A stretch of DNA of 64,000 bases from positions 96,001-160,000 of the forward strand of contig CAWHWX010000016.1 of assembly GCA_963833125.1 (NCBI GenBank), read 5' to 3'. Numbering within the stretch: the stretch's first letter is position 1; every line of letters starts with the position of its first letter. This document shows positions 30,716 through 39,855 of the stretch, in pieces. The notes under the pieces are model-generated. The model ran no database searches and had not been told where the DNA came from. It saw only the letters and a program-made list of their open reading frames with translations. The position numbers were made by a program, and so were the translations under genes. This DNA is from Candidatus Bathyarchaeota archaeon (GTDB taxonomy: Archaea; Thermoproteota; Bathyarchaeia; 40CM-2-53-6).

Positions 30716-32052
30716 TCGGCTATTTGGAATATCTTCCCTCTCGAGGGAGTTTCGATCTTCGCCGTGTCTGCGAGGTACTTGGCGTATAGGCCTGGGTATT
30801 CGGTGTGAATGGGGAATAGCCTACGAGGTTTGACTCTTTCGATACTCTTCTTCAGCTCGCTGGGCATGATGTGGCCTGAGCAATGTATGTGATACATTGG
30901 TAGACCAAAATGGTCTAGCCAATTCCTTAGCCTCTCGAACTCGAACTCTTGCTCCTCGTTGAAGGGTTCGGATGTTGAGAGTACAAATATGCTTCCCGCA
31001 TTCGGCCTGATGTCGACTAGTTCTTTGAAGTCAGGCATCGAGAAAGCTACAACAAACTTTCCCTGATCTCTTCGTAATTCTTCGCTATCGATTGTTCTGG
31101 ATTTCTCCATGACCTTTTCTTCCCAGTCGTAATACCTCTTTTTCGCTCTCCTGAATACCGCGATGTTGTCATCTCTTTCAAGTGGATTGGGTAGGTTCAG
31201 GTTTGAGTCTGTGGATAGTTGATTGAGGAGGTACGCCTGTTTCATCGAGATTGCAAGCACCCTATCATTTTCCTTGACCACTTCGAAGAAGCTGCGAATT
31301 CTATCTACGTCGACATTCGAGAAGTTGGCCAGGGCCAAGTTCTTTGTGTTTGAAACCAACTGGTTTAGTTTCGACTTTACTTCGCCTTCGCTGGTTACTT
31401 CGCCGCCGAGGATGTTAGTTCCTTCAGCGAGAAGGATTCTGGGCTCAGACTTGGCGGCGAGATCGAGAAAGTCGCCGGTCAGTTGTGGTTTTGTTCCATG
31501 CAATCTTAAGTCGGCTGTGTAAGCGACGGTTCCTTGCGAGGTTCTTACGATGAAACCGTAAGCCCCGGGGATGGAGTGGTCTACGTGGCAGGGGGTTACT
31601 TCAATGGTGCCAATTTTAACCGTCCTGCCGGTTCTGAATGTTTCAAAGTGAATCCCTCGAATGTCTGACTCGAAATGCCTAACCCTTGTTGCAGCTACTG
31701 ATTCCAATATTTGTGCACACGTTTCGCCGCAGTAAATTGGGATTTCTCGTTTCAGGAATGAGATGTAGCCCCAGTGGTCGCCGTGGGCATGGGAGAGGAA
31801 TACTGCGTTGATGGACGGTTGAGATTCTTCGAATGCGTAAATTCCCTTTATGTCTGGTAATATCCCGAACTCAAGCAAATCCCTCTCATCGCCAGGGGAC
31901 AGAATTGGGTCAACGAAGAATCGTCGTCGGTCGGCGTAGCTCATTCCGAAATCAAGCATAATTCGAGAACCTTTGTCCTCGACAAGAATCTTGTTTCCAC
32001 CGATCTCGCCCACGCCGCCGTAGAAAGTTACGCCAGTTGGGCCGCTTGGCAT
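30712..32052 (-). CDS. MBL-fold beta-CASP hydrolase (RNase J-like)
   Basis: GGVGEIGGNK, LDFG, SHAHGDH, VDHSIPGA, YTADLR, EGT, HCSGH, PIHTE. Confidence 0.88.
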   Translation of the reverse strand: MPSGPTGVTFYGGVGEIGGNKILVEDKGSRIMLDFGMSYADRRRFFVDPILSPGDERDLLEFGILPDIKGIYAFEESQPSINAVFLSHAHGDHWGYISFLKREIPIYCGETCAQILESVAATRVRHFESDIRGIHFETFRTGRTVKIGTIEVTPCHVDHSIPGAYGFIVRTSQGTVAYTADLRLHGTKPQLTGDFLDLAAKSEPRILLAEGTNILGGEVTSEGEVKSKLNQLVSNTKNLALANFSNVDVDRIRSFFEVVKENDRVLAISMKQAYLLNQLSTDSNLNLPNPLERDDNIAVFRRAKKRYYDWEEKVMEKSRTIDSEELRRDQGKFVVAFSMPDFKELVDIRPNAGSIFVLSTSEPFNEEQEFEFERLRNWLDHFGLPMYHIHCSGHIMPSELKKSIERVKPRRLFPIHTEYPGLYAKYLADTAKIETPSRGKIFQIAD

Positions 32053-32173
32053 CCATGAACACCATGAGGCTGAGGGACGGAGCCTACTTAAAACAACTGA
32101 ATGCTTGATGAGATTAAGCTTCACGAAGGGTTATGAACCTCTACCCTTCGCATGCTTTGGGTTCGTGGTATCG

Positions 32174-32910
32174 TTGGTTAGGGCGGTCTTTCTCGACCTC
32201 GGGGACACGCTGGTTCATCTAAACCGCCCTTGGGAAGATGTCTTCAACGCAAACCTCCAACAACTCTACAATTATCTCGTCAGGCAAGGTTTGACAGTGG
32301 ATTCGCAGAAATTCGCTGAGAATTTTGTCAAGCAATTTGACATTGCCTCAGACCAATCGAACCTACGTAAAATCGAGATTCCGATGGAGGAAATAATCTC
32401 AAAAGCCATCAGAAAATCCGGTTTACAACATCATGGGATGGACCTGCCGACGAATGCGATGATTGAATTCTTCAAGCCGGAAATAGAGGCTTGGCAGGTC
32501 TACCCTGATACGATCGAAACCCTAACCGCACTCGAGAGAGTAGGTTATGCGATGGGTGTAGTATCGAACACGAAGAGTGACTACGCTGTGCGGCGATATT
32601 ACAGCGACGTAACCTAGACAGATTCTTCAAGACTATCCTGAGTTCCGCGGCGCTGAGGATAAGGAAGCCACGTCCGGAAATCTTCACACAAGCTTTGATG
32701 TGTCTAGGTGTGAATGCGTCTGATTCGATTTTTGTAGGGGACTCAATGGAAGCGGACGTAGCAGGTTCAAAGCACGTGGGGATGCGTTCGATTCACCTAC
32801 TTCGCAAACCAATTGAGGGCGTACATCCAGTCAACCCAGATGCAAGAGTCAAAAGCCTTTCAGAAGCTCTCGGTGTCATTACGAACTGGAACAATGGTTT
32901 CGCAGACTAG
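32174..32910 (+). CDS. HAD-superfamily hydrolase (frameshift near 32600)
   Basis: DLGDTL, VSN, RKPRPEIF, FVGDSMEADVAG. Confidence 0.88.
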
Positions 32911-32960
32911 CCGCTCGAACACCGAATCTTCAGGCGCCGGCAGACCGATGTCCAAAAGGA

Positions 32961-33440
32961 TTACGGAGAGAACCAGTCTGATATTTTTCGGTCTTTACGT
33001 TCCTCAGCATTGCCCAATATGCGCCTAAACTGCCGTTCCACAACAGCCCTGTTATCTTTAGCTGCTAGTCTTCGTTGGGGTTTCAGAAGTGGATGGAATC
33101 TGACCCCCACGTGGGACCAGACACCGAAACCGTTTTGTTTGAAGTTGCCGAAATATGGGCTCGAGGTTGCGCGATTCCGGTCAGCGACGAGCACAACATA
33201 GTTGAACGCCTTCGCGTAGCAGCGGCACTGGTCCAGACCGCGCCTTATCGAGTCCTTCCGAGACTTGTATTCAAAAGCCCAGTAATCCTGGCCTTTGAGA
33301 GCCGCGACATCCACCCAACAATGCTTAGCGTCAGGACAGTATACCTCCTTCGGATGCACCTTGAATCCCTCGGCTTGCAGGAAAGAGATCAACTGTCTTC
33401 GTGCTGCCGGGTACTTTGGGTGTTGGGTTGTCATGGTCAT
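32961..33440 (-). CDS. Predicted PD-(D/E)XK nuclease-fold protein
   Basis: E...VDVAA.....AFEYK followed by a Q..Y motif (GLDQCRCY). Confidence 0.6.
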   Translation of the reverse strand: MTMTTQHPKYPAARRQLISFLQAEGFKVHPKEVYCPDAKHCWVDVAALKGQDYWAFEYKSRKDSIRRGLDQCRCYAKAFNYVVLVADRNRATSSPYFGNFKQNGFGVWSHVGVRFHPLLKPQRRLAAKDNRAVVERQFRRILGNAEERKDRKISDWFSP

Positions 33441-33694
33441 GTTTTCTCAGCACCGATTGTAGAGGTTTTTCGATGCTTTTTGGTGGTTGTCTGAGTATAT
33501 GAGTCGTGCATTTGTCAATCTTCGCGCCTAGGTTAGTACGCCTACTTCGTTTGTCAGCATGGTCACAAATTCTTGAGAACCAGTTTTGCCCCGTTTAGCT
33601 TCATCAGTGTGGGAATTCGTGGAGGCGTGGATTTAACTCAAAGTAGGAATTGAGAGTGAGAGAGTTTAGTAAAAGAAACCTGGGGAGTTCGGTG

Positions 33695-34454
33695 ATGCAA
33701 GCGTTGGGTTTAATAGCGGTTGCAATCCTAACCGCACCGCTTCTCGCCGCTCTCGCAAACTTTCGCTTTCTTCTATATCCTCTTTTGCCGAAACTAAACC
33801 CATTGACGACCGCGATGCGCCTCGACCTTGAAGGTAATGCTCTCTTCATCTCAGACCTACACCTAAGATATGGTCAGCCGTTCGTGTACTCCGCTGCATT
33901 TCAGGTACTTCTGAAAGACCGCCAAGTTTCAAATTTAATTGTTGATGGTGACCTATTCGATTCACCCGAAGACGAGGAAGATTCTGGACAAAGATACGTT
34001 TCCTTCGATTGGCGATCTACTGGGTTTGGATGGTTTACCTGTGAAAGCGTTCTTTGTCGATGGGTCACCACCACATGACCCACCCCCAGAAGAGTGCGCA
34101 AATTTGGATATGTCACCTCTCGTCCCTGTAGGACGATGTGCAGTCCTAAGCTTCAATGGTATGCGGGTGGTGGCTTATCATGGCCACGATCTAAGTTTGA
34201 AAGGAGCAGTAGGTCATGGTTGGGACAGATTCATTTCGAAACTGAGTTTGGAGAGGGCCTGGAAGATCTTAGCCGGCGTTCCTAGCCAGGACTGGGTAAT
34301 TTTCGGTCACACTCATATTCCAGGAATCGACGCGAAACACAGGGTTGCGAACTGTGGGGGATGGCAATCTAAAGGATTCTTGGTTTATCCGGCACGGACA
34401 GGCATTTACCTTTCATCGAAAACTGATTCGCTAGAAGTGGTCAAGTTTGGGTGA
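33695..34454 (+). CDS. Membrane-anchored calcineurin-like metallophosphoesterase (frameshift near 33975)
   Basis: N-terminal TM, ISDLH, GDLFD, PHD, YHGH, FGHTH, NCGGW. Confidence 0.8.
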
Positions 34455-34458
34455 GAGA

Positions 34459-34908
34459 ATGGTCCTCCCGAGAAATTTCAGCTGGCTGGTAGAATCGAAA
34501 CTTGCGGGTTGTGCTAGGCCAGAGCTTGAGGCTGAGCTGAACGGGCTGAGAAGTAAAGGAGTCAAAGCCATAATCTCTTTGACTGGAACACGACTCTACC
34601 CTGAACCCGTCAACCGCTTGGGCTTTGAATACCTTCACTCTCATGTCTCTGGAGCCCCTTCGACTGTTCAACTTCACGAAATCATTCAATTCATTGAGGA
34701 ACAGAACGCTAAAACGAAACCTGTGGTTGTGCATTGCGCCGAGGGTATGGGACGAACAGGGACGGTTTTAGCAGCTTACTTGGTCTACAAGGGGCTGAGC
34801 GTGGATGACGCTATCAATAAAGTGAGGGAACAGCGCCCGGGTTCGATCCAGAATTTGGAGCAAGAGAACGCAATTCGAATATTCGAAAGAACTTTGAGAC
34901 CGAAATGA
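34459..34908 (+). CDS. Dual-specificity (PTP-fold) phosphatase, DUSP23/CDC14-like
   Basis: NFSW, VHCAEGMGRTG (CX5R), R..RPGSIQ. Confidence 0.92.
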   Translation: MVLPRNFSWLVESKLAGCARPELEAELNGLRSKGVKAIISLTGTRLYPEPVNRLGFEYLHSHVSGAPSTVQLHEIIQFIEEQNAKTKPVVVHCAEGMGRTGTVLAAYLVYKGLSVDDAINKVREQRPGSIQNLEQENAIRIFERTLRPK

Positions 34909-34998
34909 ACACTTGAAAAAGAAATTATTTTTCGAGATAACCTGTCGAAGCTTAAATAGAACGCGGACGTGATTCACGCGTTCCAAGTAGTGGCCTAA

Positions 34999-36501
34999 AT
35001 GTCACAACCCCCAGCATACGCACAAACTCCAGCATACGGCCGAGCCTCACAACAAGTTGCACTCAAACAGATCGACAAGTATGTCTGGGAAATTCCAAAA
35101 GACTCTCAACCAGGAATGACGGTACCCGGCAGAATATACGCCGACGACGCACTCATCGGAAAGATGCGAACAGACGCCACACTCCAACAATGCGCCAACG
35201 TCGCAACCCTCCCAGGCCTATACAAATGGGCCATCACAATGCCAGACGGACACGAAGGATACGGGTTTCCGATAGGCGGAGTCGCTGCAAGCGACTACGA
35301 CGAAGGCGTCGTAAGCCCCGGAGGAATCGGTTATGACATAAATTGCGGCGTCAGACTGATCCGAACTAACCTGATGGAGGCGGATGTTCGACCGTTCTTG
35401 GGTAAACTGTTGGATACTATGTTTGTGAATGTTCCGTCGGGTTTGGGAAGTCGTGGGAAGGTTGGAAGGCTTTCACAGGGAGATTTGGAGAAGGTTACGT
35501 GCGAGGGGGTGGAATGGGCCGTTGACCATGGGTACGGTTGGGCTGAGGACCAGAAACACTGTGAAGAGAGTGGTTGTATGGAGACGGCTAACCCGGACAA
35601 GGTTTCGGGGGTTGCAAAGCAACGTGGTGCACCCCAACTCGGAAGCTTGGGGAGCGGGAACCATTTTCTTGAGATCGAGAAAGTCGACAAGATCTTCGAC
35701 CAGCCGGTAGCAGAGAAACTTGGGATTCGGAAAGAAGGCCAAATCCTAGTTTTGGTTCACACCGGTAGCAGGGGGTTCGGATACCAGGTTTGCAGCGATT
35801 ACCTCAGGGTTATGGAACACGCAATTCAGAAATACGGAATCAAGCTGCCCGATAGACAGTTGGCCTGCGCCCCCGCCAAGAGCAATGAGGTTGAAGACTA
35901 CATCGGCGCCATGTCTTGTGCGGCAAATTTCGCTTGGTCAAACAGACAGATGATAACCCACTGGACGAGGGAGTCGTTCGAGAAGACGTTTGGAAAATCG
36001 TCCGACCAGCTCGATATGGGTTTGATCTATGACGTAGCCCACAACATAGCGAAAATTGAGGAACATGCGGTTGATGGGGGAAGGAAGAAAGTTTACGTTC
36101 ACAGGAAGGGCGCGACAAGGGCGTTCCCGCCAGGGCATCAGGCAATACCGCCAGAGTACCGTGACATTGGGCAACCGGTCCTCATCCCCGGAAGCATGGG
36201 CACAGCATCGTGGGTTCTGATCGGGGCACCGAAGTCAATGGAACTCAGTTTCGGAACAACCGCCCACGGGGCGGGGAGGTTCATGAGCCGCACGGCGGCC
36301 AAGAGAAGGAACCCTGCGCGAGCCGTCGAAGATTTGCTCTCTAAGAAGGGGATTATGATCAGAGCGGAAAACATTGGGACCGTGAGCGAGGAGGCCCCCG
36401 AAGCCTACAAGGACGTCGATAGTGTAGCGGAAGTCAGCCACCAACTTGGCATCGCAACCAAAGTCGCCCGCCTAACTCCTATCGGAGTAACCAAAGGTTA
36501 G
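34999..36501 (+). CDS. rtcB: RNA-splicing ligase RtcB
   Basis: MPDGHEGYGFPIGG, GYDINCG (no intein), GSGNHFLE, HTGSRG, DVAHN, HRKGAT, PGSMG, HGAGR. Confidence 0.97.
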   Translation: MSQPPAYAQTPAYGRASQQVALKQIDKYVWEIPKDSQPGMTVPGRIYADDALIGKMRTDATLQQCANVATLPGLYKWAITMPDGHEGYGFPIGGVAASDYDEGVVSPGGIGYDINCGVRLIRTNLMEADVRPFLGKLLDTMFVNVPSGLGSRGKVGRLSQGDLEKVTCEGVEWAVDHGYGWAEDQKHCEESGCMETANPDKVSGVAKQRGAPQLGSLGSGNHFLEIEKVDKIFDQPVAEKLGIRKEGQILVLVHTGSRGFGYQVCSDYLRVMEHAIQKYGIKLPDRQLACAPAKSNEVEDYIGAMSCAANFAWSNRQMITHWTRESFEKTFGKSSDQLDMGLIYDVAHNIAKIEEHAVDGGRKKVYVHRKGATRAFPPGHQAIPPEYRDIGQPVLIPGSMGTASWVLIGAPKSMELSFGTTAHGAGRFMSRTAAKRRNPARAVEDLLSKKGIMIRAENIGTVSEEAPEAYKDVDSVAEVSHQLGIATKVARLTPIGVTKG

Positions 36502-37043
36502 TCCTCGAAGAAGCTTAGCGCTGAACCAGCGTTACGTTTCTTCAAATGCTCAGGAACCTCGCCTTTCGCCATCATTTCCTTGCCACGTCTTAGAATTGGA
36601 TTCTTAGGGCTAAGGGCGAGGGACTTTTTGATCGATTCCGTTGAGGCAATGGCATCCATGTTGAGATATTGGGCCCATGCTAGATTATACCATGCGTATT
36701 CATTCGCCGGGTTAACCCTCGTAGCCTGTTGGAGCACCGCCACCGCTTCGTTCGCCCTTGCGAGATCTATTAATGCCCATCCTTTGCTTGTGAGTGCCAT
36801 ATCGTCGTTAGGGTTTAGCAATAATGCCCGTTCGGCAAACTCCAGAGCCAGCCGTGAGTAGTCCCACTTTTTGTGGAGATTCGCTAGTTTGTTGAGCGAG
36901 TAGGCTTTGAGTGCGATGGCGCGGCTGTTTTCGGGAGATGATTTGATTATGCCATTCAGTTTCAGAATGGCTTCTTCTGTCCTATTCCTACCATAGATCA
37001 GATCGAAAACTTCATCCAGAAGATCTTTGGTGACCAAGAGCAA
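36498..37043 (-). CDS. TPR-repeat protein
   Basis: Repeated 34-aa-like helix pairs (AL.LNP.., AWYNLA). Confidence 0.8.
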   Translation of the reverse strand: MLLVTKDLLDEVFDLIYGRNRTEEAILKLNGIIKSSPENSRAIALKAYSLNKLANLHKKWDYSRLALEFAERALLLNPNDDMALTSKGWALIDLARANEAVAVLQQATRVNPANEYAWYNLAWAQYLNMDAIASTESIKKSLALSPKNPILRRGKEMMAKGEVPEHLKKRNAGSALSFFED

Positions 37044-37262
37044 TCCTACGCGAAAACTAATCAGTTGTTCAGGATATTTGAAGAGTAACAGTTTTCCGGT
37101 TCAAAGCTATCTCCTGCTTTTGTTAGTTTCACACAGATCTTCAGAACCTAAGGTCACCTGTCCTTAGGCAAAAACGCAATAAGGTGCAGAGAGCGTCCTC
37201 TATTGATGAAGCTGAGGTGTAGCAATGGCTCGCTCGATCGAGGCCTCATTGAAGGTTGAGTG

Positions 37263-37985
37263 ATGAGCAATGCTTTAGCTCCCGCGATGCGAGAGCTTTT
37301 GAATATTCGAGAAGCTGATCCACACATTCTGGGATTGTACGTGGGGCCTCCTGGGAGTGGGAGGTCGGTGTTATGTAAGCAGATTGCGTATGAGACTCTC
37401 AAGGAGGGACGCCGAGTGATTTACATGTCGACCGAGCGTTCGTCCGCGGAAATATTCGAGCGCATGCAGGAGCATGGATGGAACGTCGAAGGATACCTTC
37501 GATCGAGCCTGAGATTAGTGGATATGTACTCATGGTTGGAGGACGGGAACCAAGCCTACGCCGAAACTCAGTATGGAAGCAGACTTTGCCCATTGAATTT
37601 GACTGATTTACAATTAGCCATTGGGAAACTGTACGAGGAGTTGGGCGCAGGATGGAGTCTCGTAATCTTCGATTCACTGTCGACGTTCGTCAGTACTGTT
37701 GGCGAAGAGAGAGCGCTTAGACTTATCCCGTCCGTCATTGCTAAAGTTAGACAACATGGGTCCGCGGTCGTATCCTTGACCTCGGGCATCCACGCCAACT
37801 CGACACTCGGCCAACTCTACTCTCTATTCGACCTAATTGTGGAGATGAAAATTGAAGCGGGAGAACATTTGGAGCGAATGCTCAGAATAACAAAATACAA
37901 CCTTGGGAGTCACCCCGATAAATGGATCCCCTTCCAGATTCTGGATCAAGGAATAATGTTACAAACTGGTCGCGGAAACAAGTGA
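37263..37985 (+). CDS. KaiC/RAD55-family RecA-fold ATPase with atypical Walker A
   Basis: GPPGSGRS, YMSTE, VIFDSLS, D..VEM, R.LRITK. Confidence 0.85.
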   Translation: MSNALAPAMRELLNIREADPHILGLYVGPPGSGRSVLCKQIAYETLKEGRRVIYMSTERSSAEIFERMQEHGWNVEGYLRSSLRLVDMYSWLEDGNQAYAETQYGSRLCPLNLTDLQLAIGKLYEELGAGWSLVIFDSLSTFVSTVGEERALRLIPSVIAKVRQHGSAVVSLTSGIHANSTLGQLYSLFDLIVEMKIEAGEHLERMLRITKYNLGSHPDKWIPFQILDQGIMLQTGRGNK

Positions 37986-38153
37986 GTTGATGGTTACACG
38001 GGATGGAATTATATTTTATTTTTTTGCTCTAACGGCGGCGTTTTGTGACAATTCTACGGATGTAGAACAAAATTGAGCGTTAAACGGTCCTTTGAATCTG
38101 GTTTTCTATTCTTTCCACTTACGTTTTAGTAAGCTGCGGCCCACCGGCCGCGC

Positions 38154-38321
38154 ATGCAAGCAAAGAGGTTTAACGTTCCTCAGCGCCTTGGTGCAGAAAT
38201 AAGGGGCGGCCCACTCTCGCCAAACGAAGGGAAGGGACCGGTAGGGATCTGCACGTGTAACGGCAACCTCCGCCAACCCCAGAGACGAAACGAGATTCTT
38301 GTATGTGCCCGATGCGGCTGA
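38154..38321 (+). CDS. Putative 55-aa Zn-finger microprotein (not in ORF track)
   Basis: Own translation: MQAKRFNVPQRLGAEIRGGPLSPNEGKGPVGICTCNGNLRQPQRRNEILVCARCG*, with a CxC-x15-CxxCG pattern. Confidence 0.5.
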   Translation: MQAKRFNVPQRLGAEIRGGPLSPNEGKGPVGICTCNGNLRQPQRRNEILVCARCG

Positions 38322-38436
38322 CGGATTATCGATTAATCAACCAGTTTTGGTGGCCTTCTCGCTCTCAAGACCCGCGCAAGCAACGTATAAGTTCCAATAT
38401 CCGGTTTATCTAAGTTAACTGTGGAGGATTTGTCGG

Positions 38437-38811
38437 TTGGATGTTGAGAAGTTCGCCGCGGAGGCCTTTCGACGTGATAAGGGCATTCGATATGTTGGAA
38501 TCGTGGACAATCAGTTTCACATCCTCCTCTCTAAGATACGCGAGGGAGTAGTGAGTGTAGCGCCCTCGGAGGATGAACGCAATTTCATCCAAGTAATGCC
38601 ACCCATCATCGTCGATGCAGCGGAAAAGCTCCAGCCAATATTAGGCAAATTGGAGTCTGTAACGATGAGATATGAGAAGCTTCTTCTTGTATTCTTCAGG
38701 GTCAGGAGAGTCGTTGTAGCACTTACTTACGCCCCAGACGTCACGACGCCGTTCATTAGTGCATCTTCAGAACTAATGCGAATGCTCGGAACAACCTACC
38801 TCGGCGAATAA
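38437..38811 (+). CDS. Roadblock/profilin-like fold small protein
   Basis: IRYVGIVD...REG...GKLESVTMRYEKLLLVFF pattern, resembling TACK Roadblock-like families (recollection, not searched). Confidence 0.6.
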   Translation: MDVEKFAAEAFRRDKGIRYVGIVDNQFHILLSKIREGVVSVAPSEDERNFIQVMPPIIVDAAEKLQPILGKLESVTMRYEKLLLVFFRVRRVVVALTYAPDVTTPFISASSELMRMLGTTYLGE

Positions 38812-38829
38812 ACTCGCCGCTTCAAGAGA

Positions 38830-39015
38830 CTAGGGGTTATTGTTAGCGGGTAGGCTTCGAAATCCGAAGTTTCGCGCCTGCACATGTGAAGGGGTCATTC
38901 TGCAAACCAGTACGTCGAACTTGCCAAACTTGCGGGGCAGTTTTGAGGCGACCAGATACACCAATTCTGACGGGCTATCAAATTTATCATAACTACATTC
39001 GTCCACACGAAGCAC
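38830..39015 (-). CDS. Hypothetical small protein
   Basis: 61-aa ORF filling an intergenic gap, no recognised motif. Confidence 0.3.
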   Translation of the reverse strand: MLRVDECSYDKFDSPSELVYLVASKLPRKFGKFDVLVCRMTPSHVQARNFGFRSLPANNNP

Positions 39016-39103
39016 CTAGATGAAAAGACTCCCGAAGTCGCGGGAATCCAAGTCGGAGGAAAAGACGGATGACGCTAATTCAGAACGCAAAAAGTAACTC
39101 AGT

Positions 39104-39361
39104 CTAGTTCGGGTTCTCTGTTTTCCGAGGAGTTCTCCAAAATCGGAGGTTGTCCGTTCTTCGTGAGTACCTCCACCAGTACTCCAATTGGATCGTGAGG
39201 ACGAAGAGAGTGAGGACGGTTATCAGGGTGGTTACCTCAGTGAAGTTGGCGATGAATGTTTGCAGGTTTCGTGAGGCAGCGTAGAATGTGACGGCATCTA
39301 TGATGGCGACCACGGAGAGAACGCGCAGGAACAGGCGTTCTTTGCTCGTTAGACCTTTCAT
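39104..39361 (-). CDS. Small membrane protein (2 TM segments)
   Basis: Two hydrophobic segments and a basic tail; 3 nt from the upstream gene. Confidence 0.55.
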   Translation of the reverse strand: MKGLTSKERLFLRVLSVVAIIDAVTFYAASRNLQTFIANFTEVTTLITVLTLFVLTIQLEYWWRYSRRTDNLRFWRTPRKTENPN

Positions 39362-39364
39362 CGT

Positions 39365-39628
39365 TCAAGCCTTCCTCCGGCTTCTTCGCATGTCAACACA
39401 TATGCCGAGAACCAGTGTGATCAGCACTATAGCAATCACAAACTCGGGCAGAGTCAATGTAATTCTTCCTCCCGCAAATTTCGAATTCCAAGTCCATCCA
39501 TGAACTGCGTACACAACAAGCGTGGAAAGACAAGCAACAAAAGTCAATCCGACACAATACTTTACAATACGCTTGGCGTACGTCGAGAGCCATTTGTCCA
39601 GCCGCTCACTTCTGTCATCACATTTCAC
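39365..39628 (-). CDS. Small membrane protein (2 TM segments)
   Basis: Two hydrophobic segments; GGTG upstream. Confidence 0.55.
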   Translation of the reverse strand: MKCDDRSERLDKWLSTYAKRIVKYCVGLTFVACLSTLVVYAVHGWTWNSKFAGGRITLTLPEFVIAIVLITLVLGICVDMRRSRRKA

Positions 39629-39778
39629 CCACCATCAATGTGCCGCAGTCTCGTTCTTACTGGTTTCCCTGTTTTTCACGAATCGAAACATGGTTCCGTG
39701 TGCAAACGGCTAGAAACGGTAAGATCGAATCCCACCAAACGAAAGTAAACATCCCTAAGCACCAAACGACAATGACGA

Positions 39779-39825
39779 GTTACCTTACGTAACAATATTT
39801 ATATCGAACTGTTACTAAAGGTAAC
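39779..39825 (+). promoter_or_regulatory. hsp20 promoter: TATA box (39798-39804) flanked by two GTTAC-N5-GTAAC palindromes
   Basis: GTTAC-CTTAC-GTAAC at 39779-39793, TTTATAT, GTTAC-TAAAG-GTAAC at 39811-39825; SD GAGGTGA before the ATG. Confidence 0.75.
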
Positions 39826-39855
39826 AAACTAGCCTATCAGAGGTGAAGTAAGAAA

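Noticed and set aside
35010-35040. CCAGCATACG direct repeat at the rtcB start
   Set aside because: Only two copies encoding PAY-x3-PAY in a low-complexity N-terminal extension; not an array.
35330-35350. Intein or intron in rtcB at the DIN/C site
   Set aside because: The frame is continuous and of normal length; the site is empty.
38125-38380. GC-rich intergenic stretch resembling RNase P or SRP RNA (GGTGCAGAAA, AACGGCAACCTCC)
   Set aside because: The P4 motifs (GAGGAAnnUCC and ACAGAAnnnGGCUUA) and the SRP helix-8 motif are absent in usable order; a Zn-finger ORF explains the region better.
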